A stretch of DNA of 63,965 bases, filler included, from Globobulimina sp. (Eukaryota): the NCBI GenBank assembly GCA_003354225.1. It is 30 parts of 30 records of this genome, joined end to end, with 100 filler letters (N's around TTAATTAATTAA, not from the genome) between each part and the next. Parts side by side here need not be neighbours in the genome. Positions count along the whole stretch, not along the records: positions 46,992 to 49,026 come from PIVH01009562.1; positions 49,127 to 51,161 come from PIVH01009563.1; positions 51,262 to 53,295 come from PIVH01009564.1; positions 53,396 to 55,429 come from PIVH01009565.1; positions 55,530 to 57,563 come from PIVH01009566.1; positions 57,664 to 59,697 come from PIVH01009567.1; 24 more parts are not named here. The stretch is one strand, 5' to 3'. Positions 46,992 to 58,557 of the stretch are shown here, in pieces. The position numbers were made by a program, and so were the translations under genes. The notes under the pieces are model-generated. The model had not been told where the DNA came from, ran no database searches, and was given only the letters and a program-made list of their open reading frames with translations. Within the stretch, counting starts at the first letter, position 1. Each line of letters opens with the position of its first letter.

Positions 46992-48071
46992 GAGAAATAT
47001 AATATTCCTGATAAAGCCCAAATAGTTATCCACACTCAAGATGATATGGATAAAATTATTAAATATTTATATGATAATTATCAGGCAAAAAAAGAAATTG
47101 CTGCCAGCGACACTGATCCTAAAATTAAATCTATTCCAACATTCGCAGCAAATGCATTATCCATTCGAGTGTATGAGTTGACAGCAATTATTGCAACCTA
47201 TTATCGCTTAATTAATGTCTATGATTACCACAATTACGCAAACATTACAGATACAATAATATCATATGTCGCTTTAGAAGATGCAGATAAATATATTGAG
47301 GAACTTTATCCAGCAAAGAAAAGCAAAAAAAAGTATAAAATGATTGTGAAAGATAGTTCTAATCATTTTTTTGATGAACTTGAGTTGAAATGTTTAGGTG
47401 CCACGCGGTTGAATGCAAAGATGAATTGTAAAGATTCGAATATTTTGGGCAAAGGCAGTGTTTTAAGATTGAATGTATTGGAAAATGTTACAGTCAATTC
47501 GTCACATTCTGAGGTTGTTGGTGCGATTTTCAATAAGAATGATATTATAATGAATATTGATGGAAATTTAGAGATATCGCACGGTGCGCGTATTAAATCC
47601 AAGAATGGTACAATTATTTTAAATGTTGGCGGTGATATTTATTTAAAAGCGGGGGCCAAAATTGTTACAAATGGCAATATTTATATTAAATGTAATAATT
47701 TGATGATGGCGGATAAGGCGTTTATAGAAACATATGATTTTGGTGAGAAATATAATAAAATAAATTATATCACATTGAATTATCAATTGAATAAAAAGAA
47801 TAAGAGAATATTATATGGTGACACATATATTGAGGTTAAGAATAATTTAAGTGTTCATAAAAATGGTTGTAAGATAAAGAGCGGTGATATTCGAATTAAA
47901 TGTGGCGGAGTTATGGATATTACGCGAATGAAACATATGTTAGCATTGAGAAATAATGTAAATATAACTTGTAATGAATTAAAAGTGTCCACTGCTTTGA
48001 TTCAAAAGAATATCGATGCAAGAAATAAAATAATGATAAAATGCAATAAATTAAATATAATGAATAGATAG
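46992..48071 (+). CDS. Beta-solenoid repeat hypothetical protein, 5' partial
   Basis: Repeated G.I.I.C..L / GA.I motifs. Confidence 0.6.
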   Translation, partial: EKYNIPDKAQIVIHTQDDMDKIIKYLYDNYQAKKEIAASDTDPKIKSIPTFAANALSIRVYELTAIIATYYRLINVYDYHNYANITDTIISYVALEDADKYIEELYPAKKSKKKYKMIVKDSSNHFFDELELKCLGATRLNAKMNCKDSNILGKGSVLRLNVLENVTVNSSHSEVVGAIFNKNDIIMNIDGNLEISHGARIKSKNGTIILNVGGDIYLKAGAKIVTNGNIYIKCNNLMMADKAFIETYDFGEKYNKINYITLNYQLNKKNKRILYGDTYIEVKNNLSVHKNGCKIKSGDIRIKCGGVMDITRMKHMLALRNNVNITCNELKVSTALIQKNIDARNKIMIKCNKLNIMNR

Positions 48072-48230
48072 TGATATTGGTGTATATCTGTTGTATTAAT
48101 TTTATTTACTTTGACATTTTGGTACATTGCCTTTAAGCGCTTTTTAAATTTTTAAAATTAAAAACTATGAGATTTGAATTTGCGGATTTAGTATTTCATT
48201 ATTTAAGCCAGTAAAAAACTATTACAAAAC

Positions 48231-49026
48231 ATGGCTGCTACAAAAAGACGTGGAAGCATTTCGATCCAATACGTCCCGTTGAAAGTTAACGATAAGCATA
48301 ATATGAATAAATTAGTACGAGATCTACCAACACCAATTGTGCATTTCAAGGGATTTGGAAAAGGAATAAATTTTAAAAACGCAGCAACCAAATCCATGCA
48401 ACAGAGATGCGTCGCTACATTGCATTCAATGCTATCAAATGGCGGAACATTGGTATATTCCATTCATTCTTTTCTGCAAATTACAACATTACAATTTCAA
48501 TAGGTTTGGGATGGCGATTCTTATAAATATGGATCATTCACCTATCTAATTCCTTTATTATTTGATGAATTATTTAACAAATCCAATAAAAATACAAACA
48601 AAATTAGCAAATCAAAATTTGGCAATCCCGATCCAAAATGGATGTTTTTAGGGTTTACCAAACAAAGCGATGTTACCAGATTTCATAAATCGTGGACCAA
48701 TCAGTTACAAACCACAAATGATAAATGTATCCAACTTATTACAGACAATAAAATACGATTTTTTCTTCAGCCGCTCATTATTAATTTGGGCAATTTTGTC
48801 GAATTAGGAAATAAAGCCTTAAATACGACCAAAAGCAAAATGATTGTATGCTTTGGTGGTGGATTGGTTGTAAAACGTGAGTATGAAACGGTTATCAATC
48901 CAAACAATCCCAATTATCCATGGCCAAATTTCTATGTTTATGGCGTTGGGAGATATAATTCATCAAAATCCAACAACGAAAGCAAAGAATTTGAGATGAC
49001 TCATTTAAAAATGCTCTTTGATTTCG
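48231..49026 (+). CDS. Hypothetical protein, possible SLOG-like fold; intron 48453-48503; 3' partial
   Basis: HFKGFGKG, LVWDGDSY..GSFT, IVCFGGGLVVKREY. Confidence 0.55.
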
Positions 49027-49400
49027 NNNNNNNNNNNNNNNNNNNNNNNNNNNNNNNNNNNNNNNNNNNNTTAATTAATTAANNNNNNNNNNNNNNNNNN
49101 NNNNNNNNNNNNNNNNNNNNNNNNNNCAATCAGATAAAAATTAATATATCTCTTCTAATTTAGTACTTACATTTGTTTCAATTGTTACATTTATCTATGT
49201 GATTAAATTCTGAATTTAATCCAAATCTGTCATTTATTTTTTATCAAGATATAGACTTTAACGATTCATTTAGGAATCATAAAATAGATATTTACAATAT
49301 TAAACCTTATTTGTTTTGTTTTTAACTCAATATTAACTATTCATTAATTATAAATTAATATAAGTTAGTCATTTTACACACAAATCTAGCAGACCTGTAG

Positions 49401-50555
49401 ATGTTTTGGAGTTTTTTTCCTCAATTTTGCATGAATGGCTTCTGGATGAACGTTAACAGTTTTTTTTCGACACGAAATGAAGAATTAAAAACATGGAAAA
49501 GAATAGGAGGTATATTATGCATTGGCATTTCTGTTGTTTCGCTAGTATTAAGCTCGGAAATTACTTCGCTTATTGATGCAGATTACACAAATCCATATTT
49601 TTTAAATTATCTCATGGTGTTGGGACTTAGTGTTTTAATCATACCATGGATATTAATTGACACTTATTATCGAAATTGCGGTGTACATATGAATAAAAAA
49701 AAAATATTGGCTGCATCATATTTGTCAATAACAAAAACTAATCCTTTTCCCAGGTATCGTACATCAATAAAATGTGATTTATATACATTGAAATTAATTA
49801 CTATTCCTTGTATTTATATGACCATTTGCTTATCTTTGGAATCGTATTTATGGATTTTATCATTATCCCATACCACTGCATCTACTTCAAATACAATATC
49901 CAGATCACAATGTGTTTGGATTTTATTTTTTTACAAAGTTTTTAATAAGTTATTGTTTAATAACAATAAAAACATTTCGTATTTACAATATTTTGGTGTA
50001 TTGTTAAATGTCGTTGGTGTCATATTTATATCTTATGATTCAAACAAAATAAAGGAACACAATGAAGATATTGTGCAAAATAGTGATGCTTTGGGAATAA
50101 TACTAGCTTTAATATCATCTGTTTTATTTGCATTATTTGGAGTACTGTGGGAATATTACAGTACATATCATGATGAAATTAAATATTTGCTGCGACATAA
50201 ATATAACTCATTATATTTTCAATTTATATTTGGCGTAATAGGTTTAATAATCTTTTTTCCAGGTTTAATAATCTTGTATGCTTTGCACATTCCAATTATG
50301 CAAAATGTACATGATGTGAATGGATGGCTCTTTGTTGCAATAAATGGCTTAGCAACAATTATGTTTATGACATGTGTACTCATTGGAATTGAATTTGTTG
50401 GCTCGATGTTTGTTGCAGTTGGTTTGTGTCTGGTTGTTCCAATTTCGTATGTTGTTGATATTATTGTTCATGGCTTACTTATCTCATTGGTACCTATCAT
50501 TGGGAGCATCTTTGTTGTTATTGGTTTCATACTCATTCAAATAAAATCAATGTAG
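49401..50555 (+). CDS. DMT-superfamily (SLC35F/EamA-like) transporter
   Basis: ~10 TM, PYFLNY, LSLSHTTASTSNTI, GIILALISSVLFA, VGLCLVVPISYVVD. Confidence 0.85.
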   Translation: MFWSFFPQFCMNGFWMNVNSFFSTRNEELKTWKRIGGILCIGISVVSLVLSSEITSLIDADYTNPYFLNYLMVLGLSVLIIPWILIDTYYRNCGVHMNKKKILAASYLSITKTNPFPRYRTSIKCDLYTLKLITIPCIYMTICLSLESYLWILSLSHTTASTSNTISRSQCVWILFFYKVFNKLLFNNNKNISYLQYFGVLLNVVGVIFISYDSNKIKEHNEDIVQNSDALGIILALISSVLFALFGVLWEYYSTYHDEIKYLLRHKYNSLYFQFIFGVIGLIIFFPGLIILYALHIPIMQNVHDVNGWLFVAINGLATIMFMTCVLIGIEFVGSMFVAVGLCLVVPISYVVDIIVHGLLISLVPIIGSIFVVIGFILIQIKSM

Positions 50556-50932
50556 TGAAATCTCATCCAGATTTATACAATTATTCACAATCACTGTGGG
50601 TGTAAAGTTTAAACCAAATGAATAAAAAATTGATATTTGACTCATGTAGAATTTGAACCTACATCGATGTGGATTAATAACAGTACGTTTGATTCAATTA
50701 TCTGAGAAAAGCTTTGCTAATCCAGAAACGGTTAACGTTTGCTATAGGTTTGTCTTGGGTTTGTTCTGTGTTTGTTATAACTTTGTCTTGGATTTGCAAA
50801 CCAGAATTTTCGGTATACAAAGGGTGTGAGGGTTATCTAATGGAATATATCGTCACAAAGTCACAAAGCTGAATTGTTACTACACGTATACTTAGTAGAA
50901 AACGTTTCTTTCACATTCCACATATATTAATC

Positions 50933-51161
50933 ATGGCATTACAACAACAGATAGAATATGAAGTGATTTTTAAACAAGGTGCTATATGTAGGCAATCAAA
51001 ACAATTATCATCAACACAACAATGTGTTTTACCTATGGGAACCATTGTGACTGTTGCAGAAATTGATGGTAGTCGATGTAGAATATCATCACCAGTCAAT
51101 GGCTGGGTATCAGCTCATTCTTCAAATAGCGGTGATCCAATATTAAAAAAAGAACATCATG
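50933..51161 (+). CDS. SH3-like domain protein, 3' partial
   Basis: LPMGTIVTVAEIDGSRCRISSPVNGWVS. Confidence 0.6.
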
Positions 51162-51595
51162 NNNNNNNNNNNNNNNNNNNNNNNNNNNNNNNNNNNNNNN
51201 NNNNNTTAATTAATTAANNNNNNNNNNNNNNNNNNNNNNNNNNNNNNNNNNNNNNNNNNNNGCTGCGATGGCAGCAAATATAACCAATGAAGAGGTAAAC
51301 AATAATCTTCGTGAATATTTTAACGGTGTTTGCCTCGGAGCATCATTTTTTTTTAAGTCTGACATAGAGGTATAAGCAATTTCAAGTAAAACCCAAAATT
51401 GCCCATAAAACAAGAGACTCATTTTGGAACTCTTTTGTTTTTCTGAATTCGCTCCCATATTAATTTCGTTTGGAGCACGGTTCTGAGTTTATTGTACAAT
51501 GATAAGTTGTGATTTTTCGAGTTTTACACGCGCAGCAATGGTGTTTTGAAAGTAACAAAGTCCACTCAGCTGTTTTCGAAAAAACGGAATCTATA

Positions 51596-52909
51596 ATGTT
51601 CTTCTCATTTTGTCGTTGGTTGTTTTTGGTTTACGTTTGCGTTGCAAAACTGCCTCAAAACCAAATTGATGCGTTGGTTGAGTTTTATCATGCATTAGAT
51701 GGACCGAATTGGAACTCACATTTTATTAATAATAACAGAAAACATATTAACTGTACATGGAATATAACGTATCTGCAAACCACTCATGAATTCTGTCATC
51801 CAATCACTGCTTCAATAAAATATCAAATGCCTTTCTGCGGATTGATACCGGTCGCGGTTAAATGGGTTGGCCGACATAACAATGCACGAAGACCATGGAC
51901 ACCCATTGCAAACGCGACATGGTGTAAAACCTTAACCGGAATTGATATGTCCAATATGGGACTGTCTGGTACTATTCCTGACTCCTTCGGCAATCTGTCA
52001 AATGTATCTGTTTTACGCTTTGGCGATGACCACGGATTAACTGGTTCTTTACCACAAACTATATGCAATCTCAAACACTTAAATTGGACCATATTCATAA
52101 ATATCAGTATCACGGCCATCCCGCAATGTTTCTTCCATTTGAATGTAACATCAATGCATTTGATAGGACTTCCTTCGTTACAGTCGCCATTGAATATGCT
52201 TGATCTGATGGGAAATTATCAATTATCATTGCAATGGCTCACTGTGATGGCAATACCAATGTTAACCCAGCCACTTCCCTCTTCATTATGCAATTTAACA
52301 AATCTGCGGCAATTAGATATTGTATATTTAAATATTACGGGAACGCTCTTTGACTGTTTTCATAAAATGAAAGCGTTGCGTTTTTTAGATATGATATATT
52401 TGCCGCACTTAAAGGGTTCATTACCTCCGTCACTCGGATATGCAAATGTGACTGTATTATTTTTTTATAATATTCCAAATTTAGTTGGAAGCATTCCACG
52501 AACAATATGTAATTCAAAAACCATTCGAGATGTTACATTTTATCAATTACAAAACATAGAAATACAGGATCCGTGTTTCGGCAATGCCACTCAATTAAAT
52601 ATATTGTATTTAGCAGAATTACCAAAATTAACTGCAATCCCTCACGATTTATGCAATTTGAAGGATACAAATTTGAGTTCATTGGTTATCGCAAACAATA
52701 CAAACTTAGTCGGAACAGTACCGAAATGTTTTGGTGAATTGAGGGGTTTGACAGGTTTAGCTTTATCAAATAACTCATTATCTGGCGATTTGCCGCAATT
52801 TAAACCACGAAACGTTATGTCGTTATTTTTGAATAATAATAATTTCAATGGTAATTTAGATGATATATTTGTAATTAATCGTTGTTTCCGCACGACTTCA
52901 AAATATTAG
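51596..52909 (+). CDS. Secreted/receptor-like leucine-rich repeat protein (plant-type LRR), apparently truncated
   Basis: Signal peptide, QIDALVEFYHALDGPNW cap, repeated LxGxIPxxxxNL units. Confidence 0.88.
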   Translation: MFFSFCRWLFLVYVCVAKLPQNQIDALVEFYHALDGPNWNSHFINNNRKHINCTWNITYLQTTHEFCHPITASIKYQMPFCGLIPVAVKWVGRHNNARRPWTPIANATWCKTLTGIDMSNMGLSGTIPDSFGNLSNVSVLRFGDDHGLTGSLPQTICNLKHLNWTIFINISITAIPQCFFHLNVTSMHLIGLPSLQSPLNMLDLMGNYQLSLQWLTVMAIPMLTQPLPSSLCNLTNLRQLDIVYLNITGTLFDCFHKMKALRFLDMIYLPHLKGSLPPSLGYANVTVLFFYNIPNLVGSIPRTICNSKTIRDVTFYQLQNIEIQDPCFGNATQLNILYLAELPKLTAIPHDLCNLKDTNLSSLVIANNTNLVGTVPKCFGELRGLTGLALSNNSLSGDLPQFKPRNVMSLFLNNNNFNGNLDDIFVINRCFRTTSKY

Positions 52910-53074
52910 CTCCCCCTACCCTACAGTTTTAAACACATTGCATTTTCTTTGGGATTTATGGGATAATGGTTACTTTTGGTGGGAATTTGCTATTGATTTT
53001 GAATATAGTAGAAATATCCACATGTTTTTCAAAACTTGGGGATACACAAATGTTGTGCATAATACAAAATTAAT

Positions 53075-53295
53075 ATGATAATTCGCTTAACACTGTTTTT
53101 ATTACTCATTAGTTCAATTTCTTATAGTCAAACACAAAAAGAAATTGACTCTCTTGTAAATGAAATATGCAAAACAATGGAAAGTATGAAAAATGAAGCA
53201 GAGGGTGTTAAGCTTATTGTTGCTGCACATGATCACATTATGCCTTTTGTTTCAAAATACTCGGAAAATGAAGATTTAAGTCAAAAAATTTATAA
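53075..53295 (+). CDS. Bacteroidetes-like secreted protein, 3' partial
   Basis: MIIRLTLFLLLISSISYSQ signal peptide followed by Q. Confidence 0.6.
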
Positions 53296-53585
53296 NNNNN
53301 NNNNNNNNNNNNNNNNNNNNNNNNNNNNNNNNNNNNNNNTTAATTAATTAANNNNNNNNNNNNNNNNNNNNNNNNNNNNNNNNNNNNNNNNNNNNTATGT
53401 CATTATTTTAGTACAGTACATAGAACGAAAAGGTTATTGTTGACCAAGTATATATTGTTATTATTGTTTAGTTATCATTGTATATAGACCGATACAGTAT
53501 CATTGATGACCAAATATATATATTTACTTCTGTTGTTGTTCTTTAATTTTAATAAAATTGTATCAATACAATTTTCCTTGTTTCT

Positions 53586-53911
53586 TCATGAGCCTAGGAG
53601 CAGTATGAGGAGCACTCGATGAGTTTAGGAGCAGTGGGAATAGCACTCTTGAGTCTAGGAGAGTAGGGGTACTCATAATTCTATGAGCAGCGCACTCCAT
53701 GAGCACTCATGAGTTTAGGAGCAGTAAGGGGAGCTCTCCATGAGTCTAGGAGAGTAAGGGCACTCATAAGTCTATGAGCAGCAGGCGGAGTGCTCCTTGA
53801 GCACCCACGAGTTTAGGAGCATTGAGAGGAGTACTCCAAGAGGCTCATGAGTCTATGAGCAGTAGGAGGGCACTTCTAAATTTAGTAACAGTAGGATGAG
53901 TGCTCCATAGG
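53586..53911. repeat. Degenerate ~30-bp minisatellite (CATGAGTYTAGGAGCAGT...GCACTC)
   Basis: About 10 diverged units with a higher-order ~110-bp period. Confidence 0.85.
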
Positions 53912-54176
53912 TGAATCAAGAGTGCTGGGAGGATAAATGAGATAGTCCTGCAACGCTTGCTTGAAATTCAGGGTTGTTGTAATCATGAGAGGCTCAGCCA
54001 GGCACATGAGTCATTCTTGAGCCCGAGTCTGTCTGGTAGTCTGCTGCTCTTTCGTTTTCCTCCTACTTCAATATTTCTACAAAAGGGTGACAAATGAGCT
54101 CCAGCGAAATTGTAAGAAAACATTTTTTGTTTTAATTTCTATGTTTAAGTCTAAGTAAGTCTAGTTGTTTGTTTAG

Positions 54177-54860
54177 ATGGATGAACTCCGACATTTCAAA
54201 AAGGGCACCAAAGCTAGACAATGTCAATATTGTTCAAAATCGTTCACTTCAACTTTTAACTGTTCCCGTCATGAAAAAAATGCACACACAGCAAAATTAA
54301 ATGGAGGTGGACAAAAATCAAAATTGGGTGATGACTCCGACTCTGATCATAACTCTGCTGCTGATGATGAGACCAACGAAGTTCAGTGGGGTCAATGGGA
54401 GAAACTTATCAAACTAACCATCAATGAAATGGAAAGTGAAATGCCTGAAGAGACAAAAGACTTGTTGCATGAACCACACTTCTCAATCTTCTTGGATAAA
54501 ATGTACGAGAATTTAGAAAAATGCATGACCTTCACACAATACATGAAAGATGATGACCCAATTTATGCCCAAATTCGAAAGACCGCTGACACATATGAAG
54601 AAGACCAACATATGGAAGATGGCGAAGCATTTGAGAAAGCTTGGAATGATCGAAAAATCCTCATCAAGCGATTCTTGCGTGACCACATTCGTGACATTGA
54701 ATATCTAGTAGACAGCGATTCAAAGAGTGGTGCAGGCACGAAAGAAGATTCAGAAGAGGATGAAGGAGAAGAAAATGAAATGGAAACAGATAAAGATGAG
54801 CAGGAAGAAGAGGAGCAGGATGACCAAAACAGTGGAGATGTGACCGAAGAAGAAGAATAG
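54177..54860 (+). CDS. C2H2 zinc-finger protein with a DPxY..I..T...EA...A..RK.LI domain and acidic tail (possibly Polinton/Maverick-associated)
   Basis: CQYCSKSF..TFNCSRHEKNAH; intronless. Confidence 0.7.
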   Translation: MDELRHFKKGTKARQCQYCSKSFTSTFNCSRHEKNAHTAKLNGGGQKSKLGDDSDSDHNSAADDETNEVQWGQWEKLIKLTINEMESEMPEETKDLLHEPHFSIFLDKMYENLEKCMTFTQYMKDDDPIYAQIRKTADTYEEDQHMEDGEAFEKAWNDRKILIKRFLRDHIRDIEYLVDSDSKSGAGTKEDSEEDEGEENEMETDKDEQEEEEQDDQNSGDVTEEEE

Positions 54861-55607
54861 GAATAAGAGCAATTTCAGATTTAGAATAAAATTAGGATTG
54901 TCCGTACATCCAATTGTTAAACGTAATAATAACCAAATGTGTAGATTTTCATAGAATAAAATCCTGAATGCAGAAATGTCAATGGAAAATATTATTGTAA
55001 AGTAATTGTACTGACAAAAGATGCTGGCGAACTCCCTCTTTTAGTTGTTTTTGGAATATCTTTCATTCAAAAGGTGTATGAAAAAACTGATGTATCTTAA
55101 ACTGCTTCGTTTGCATAAAAAGGTGGGAATGTTTGTTGGCAACATGAAAGGGTGTATAAAAACTTCATTAGCATATTGTCTGTCTATGGAATGTTATATG
55201 AAAAAGTTCATTTACATATTGTAGTCTGGCTCATTTGCATAACACTGTCGGCTAATTTGAGCAAGGGCTAGTCTAACAAAGACAGCTAATTTGACCATTT
55301 AATATTCTAATCCCACAGTGGACTGAAATGCAAATAACATATAAAACGCGATTTTGGGGCCTTTTTCATATAATTAATTCGCTCGTTATGCAATGTCAAT
55401 GTTTGGAGCCCAACCGTAATTAATAGATGNNNNNNNNNNNNNNNNNNNNNNNNNNNNNNNNNNNNNNNNNNNNTTAATTAATTAANNNNNNNNNNNNNNN
55501 NNNNNNNNNNNNNNNNNNNNNNNNNNNNNAAACAACTACTCTGTTTTCACAAGTTTTCTAGTAGTAACAAATTTAGTCATTGTTTTCTTTTCAGTTCAAT
55601 ATCAATC

Positions 55608-57227
55608 ATGAATGTGAGCCAAAATAACCGCCCACAAGCATCTGCCACCAAACAATCAGGACTGATATTAACACCTCAACAAAAATCCAATTTAAAGAAA
55701 CAATATATGGTTTGGACCAAACAAGCAATTAAACAAATGCAGGTACAGTCATTAACAGTGTGGTTGTTTGCAAACAACGTGTACGTATAATATACATATA
55801 TTCAGAAAAATGCGACAAATAATGTAACGCAAAGAATACCAATTATGTTATGTGTAGCAAACGCGAAAACAAAAGCGTATCAAACAGCTGCAGTCCAGCT
55901 AACAATTACGGAGCAAGAACAGAGTTATATTGTTAACAAAGTCCACTCTGAGATAGCGACCTGGAATGGTATCCAAATCGGAACATGCAAATCTGAAAAA
56001 AAGCAATTTGTCGATTACTCGCACACTGCACGAAACTGGTTTAATCGCAATAAATCCAAAATATATGGAAATCATTTATTTTATCCGATAATATTTGTTA
56101 AAATTTATCAGGTATTTTCGTTTTTTTTTAATCTGATAATATGTTAATATGTGAACTTAATCTGATAATACGATAAATTGATAATCTATGCAGTGGGCAT
56201 TAAATTTGCCGGACATCACAGCGGATGAGAAAATTGTATTATTTGTTGATATTTTGCATGCTATTTTGCATTCGACCGTGCAATTTAAGAGAAGCAAAGC
56301 CCATCCACTCATTCCGCATCAGACCTTCATACAACCGAATCTATTCACAACTTCCTGTCTAAAGTTATGCACATATTACAATGCAAAATGTGATTTATCT
56401 GTCATGCAATCAAAAAGACAACAACTACCAAATGGGCAATACGCGAAGAATAGAGATAGGTCAAAGGATATAAATAATGCCTTTATTTGCAAAATTGAGC
56501 AGATAAAAAAAAATATATTGTATAAAAATGTACATAAACCATTACCAAGTTTTGTCACTTTCTTTACATGTTTTCTTTGCATGTTTTATAATGTTTCCTT
56601 TCAATAATCTTAATTTTTGGCAGATTTCAATAATCTCAACAACGTTAACTATGATAATAAATGTAATCAAAATAAATTAAGTTATGTAATATGTATTATT
56701 TGGTGACAAATATATGTATAATACTACATTCAGATGACAATTATGTGCAAACTATAGCGAGACGTAAATATAAAGTGCCGCAATTTAATAAAAATTCAAT
56801 ATCTGACCATCAATGTCAAACATGTACCTTGGGACATAACCAAAATAGTAATGACCAGACGAGTTCAACGAACAATGCGGATCATATTCATAATAACACC
56901 AGCAACAAACAAATAACTCCAATTGCAATAAACCATATGAATAACAATGCAATTAATAGTTTTAATATTATGTCGTTACCAATGACTACGAATAGGTCGC
57001 AGCCAGTTCAATCAGATGTAAATTATTTCAATTATTTGCCAAATCGTGGGCAAAATAATTTGGTATCACAGGCAAGATATTCACCATTATTGTCGACACC
57101 ATATATAAATATTGCTGTTAACCCCAATCTGGCAAATGATGGCACAGTGACTGTGTCATTGCATAATATGAATCAACCACAAACTATGCAATTTGTATCA
57201 TTGTTATATGGATCAACATTGCAATGA
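55608..57227 (+). CDS. Multi-exon hypothetical protein with an N/Q-rich C-terminus
   Basis: Successive ORFs separated by short GT-AG introns (e.g. 55743-55806). Confidence 0.5.
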
Positions 57228-57663
57228 CAAAAACAATACGATAAAGAAACAGTTTTTTTTATTATGTTTATACGATTTTGTGTTTTTTAGCTTTTTTCTG
57301 TTTGTCCCTGTGTTTTTGTGCTATCTTTTTTGAACTAACATAGTTTGTTTTGAAGTAACTCTGTTTTTTTTGTGTTTGCGCATCGAAAATTTAATCACAT
57401 AACATCGGAAAGGAAAACAAGTGGCAATTTTTATTAATATTATTTTCGTTTTTTTTTCGGTTTTTTTCATTCTTTTTCGTTTTGGGATTGTATATTTCAT
57501 GTTTTTTTTTTTATTTTATTATCCTGTCTGTCTATTCAGTACTTTATTAATCATTCGACCCTCNNNNNNNNNNNNNNNNNNNNNNNNNNNNNNNNNNNNN
57601 NNNNNNNTTAATTAATTAANNNNNNNNNNNNNNNNNNNNNNNNNNNNNNNNNNNNNNNNNNNN

Positions 57664-58084
57664 CGCCACTTTCCGATGGTTCACTGCCACATAATCTGCG
57701 TCTTTTGCGTGGTGGCGGCGACATATTGAAAATTCGCGCAATTTCATCATCATCACATTCATCATCATCAGATTCATCATCACTGCCACGTTCCATTTTA
57801 TCCGATTCTTTCACATCACTGCCATCCACATCACTGCCATCCGACTCCGCCGGTTCATACGCCGGCAATTCCACATCACTGGTAATTCCATCATCGAATA
57901 CCAATCGCGTCCTCTTCCCAGAATCTCGCAAATCGAGCCCCAGGTTATAAAATGAATCGCATGATTGCGACCTTGACGTTAATCCTCCACAACCTACAAT
58001 CACTGTTGATGCCGCGGATGCTGACTCTTCATATCCATATCGAGAGTCTGGCGGCGACGTAGAGGGTTGGGGGGAGCTTGACAT
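57664..58084 (-). CDS. Acidic low-complexity protein, paralog 1 (3' partial)
   Basis: MSSSPQPSTSPPDSRY... near-identical to 58558-59211. Confidence 0.65.
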
Positions 58085-58131
58085 GTTTATGGTGGAAGTG
58101 ACTGTTTTTTGCGTTATTGGTTATTTTTTTT

Positions 58132-58416
58132 ACATTCAACTTTGCAATATTTGTATTCAATAAAACTATTCGTTTTCATGCAAGTAACTAATTTCAATTC
58201 AAGTTTCAAACTAAAAAGCAATGATTGAATGCATGCAAATAATATTATAATGGCGGCCGAAGGCCGCCGCCTTCGGCGGCCGCCGAAGGCGGCCCCGCCA
58301 TTATAATAATTATTTGCATGCGATCAATCATTGCTTTTTAGTTTGAAACTTGAATTGAAATTAGTTGCATGAAAACGAATAGTTTTATTGAATACAAATA
58401 TGGCAAAGTTGAATGT
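58132..58416. repeat. ~285-bp imperfect palindrome with a GC-rich triple-hairpin centre (58252-58299)
   Basis: ACATTCAACTTTGC...ATTATAATGGCGG and its reverse complement CCGCCATTATAAT...GCAAAGTTGAATGT. Confidence 0.95.
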
Positions 58417-58557
58417 TTCAATGCGAATAAAGTCAATAAACAATTAATTAATTATACAATAAGCAATAAATAAAATCAAATACAAAAAAACAAAATATCG
58501 CAAATTCGCATATAACAAATCTCAAAATAGCAAAAAAACAAACAAACAAAAAAAAAA

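Noticed and set aside
53586-53911. ~30-bp repeats as a CRISPR array
   Set aside because: Units are diverged and contiguous, with no unique spacers and no cas genes.
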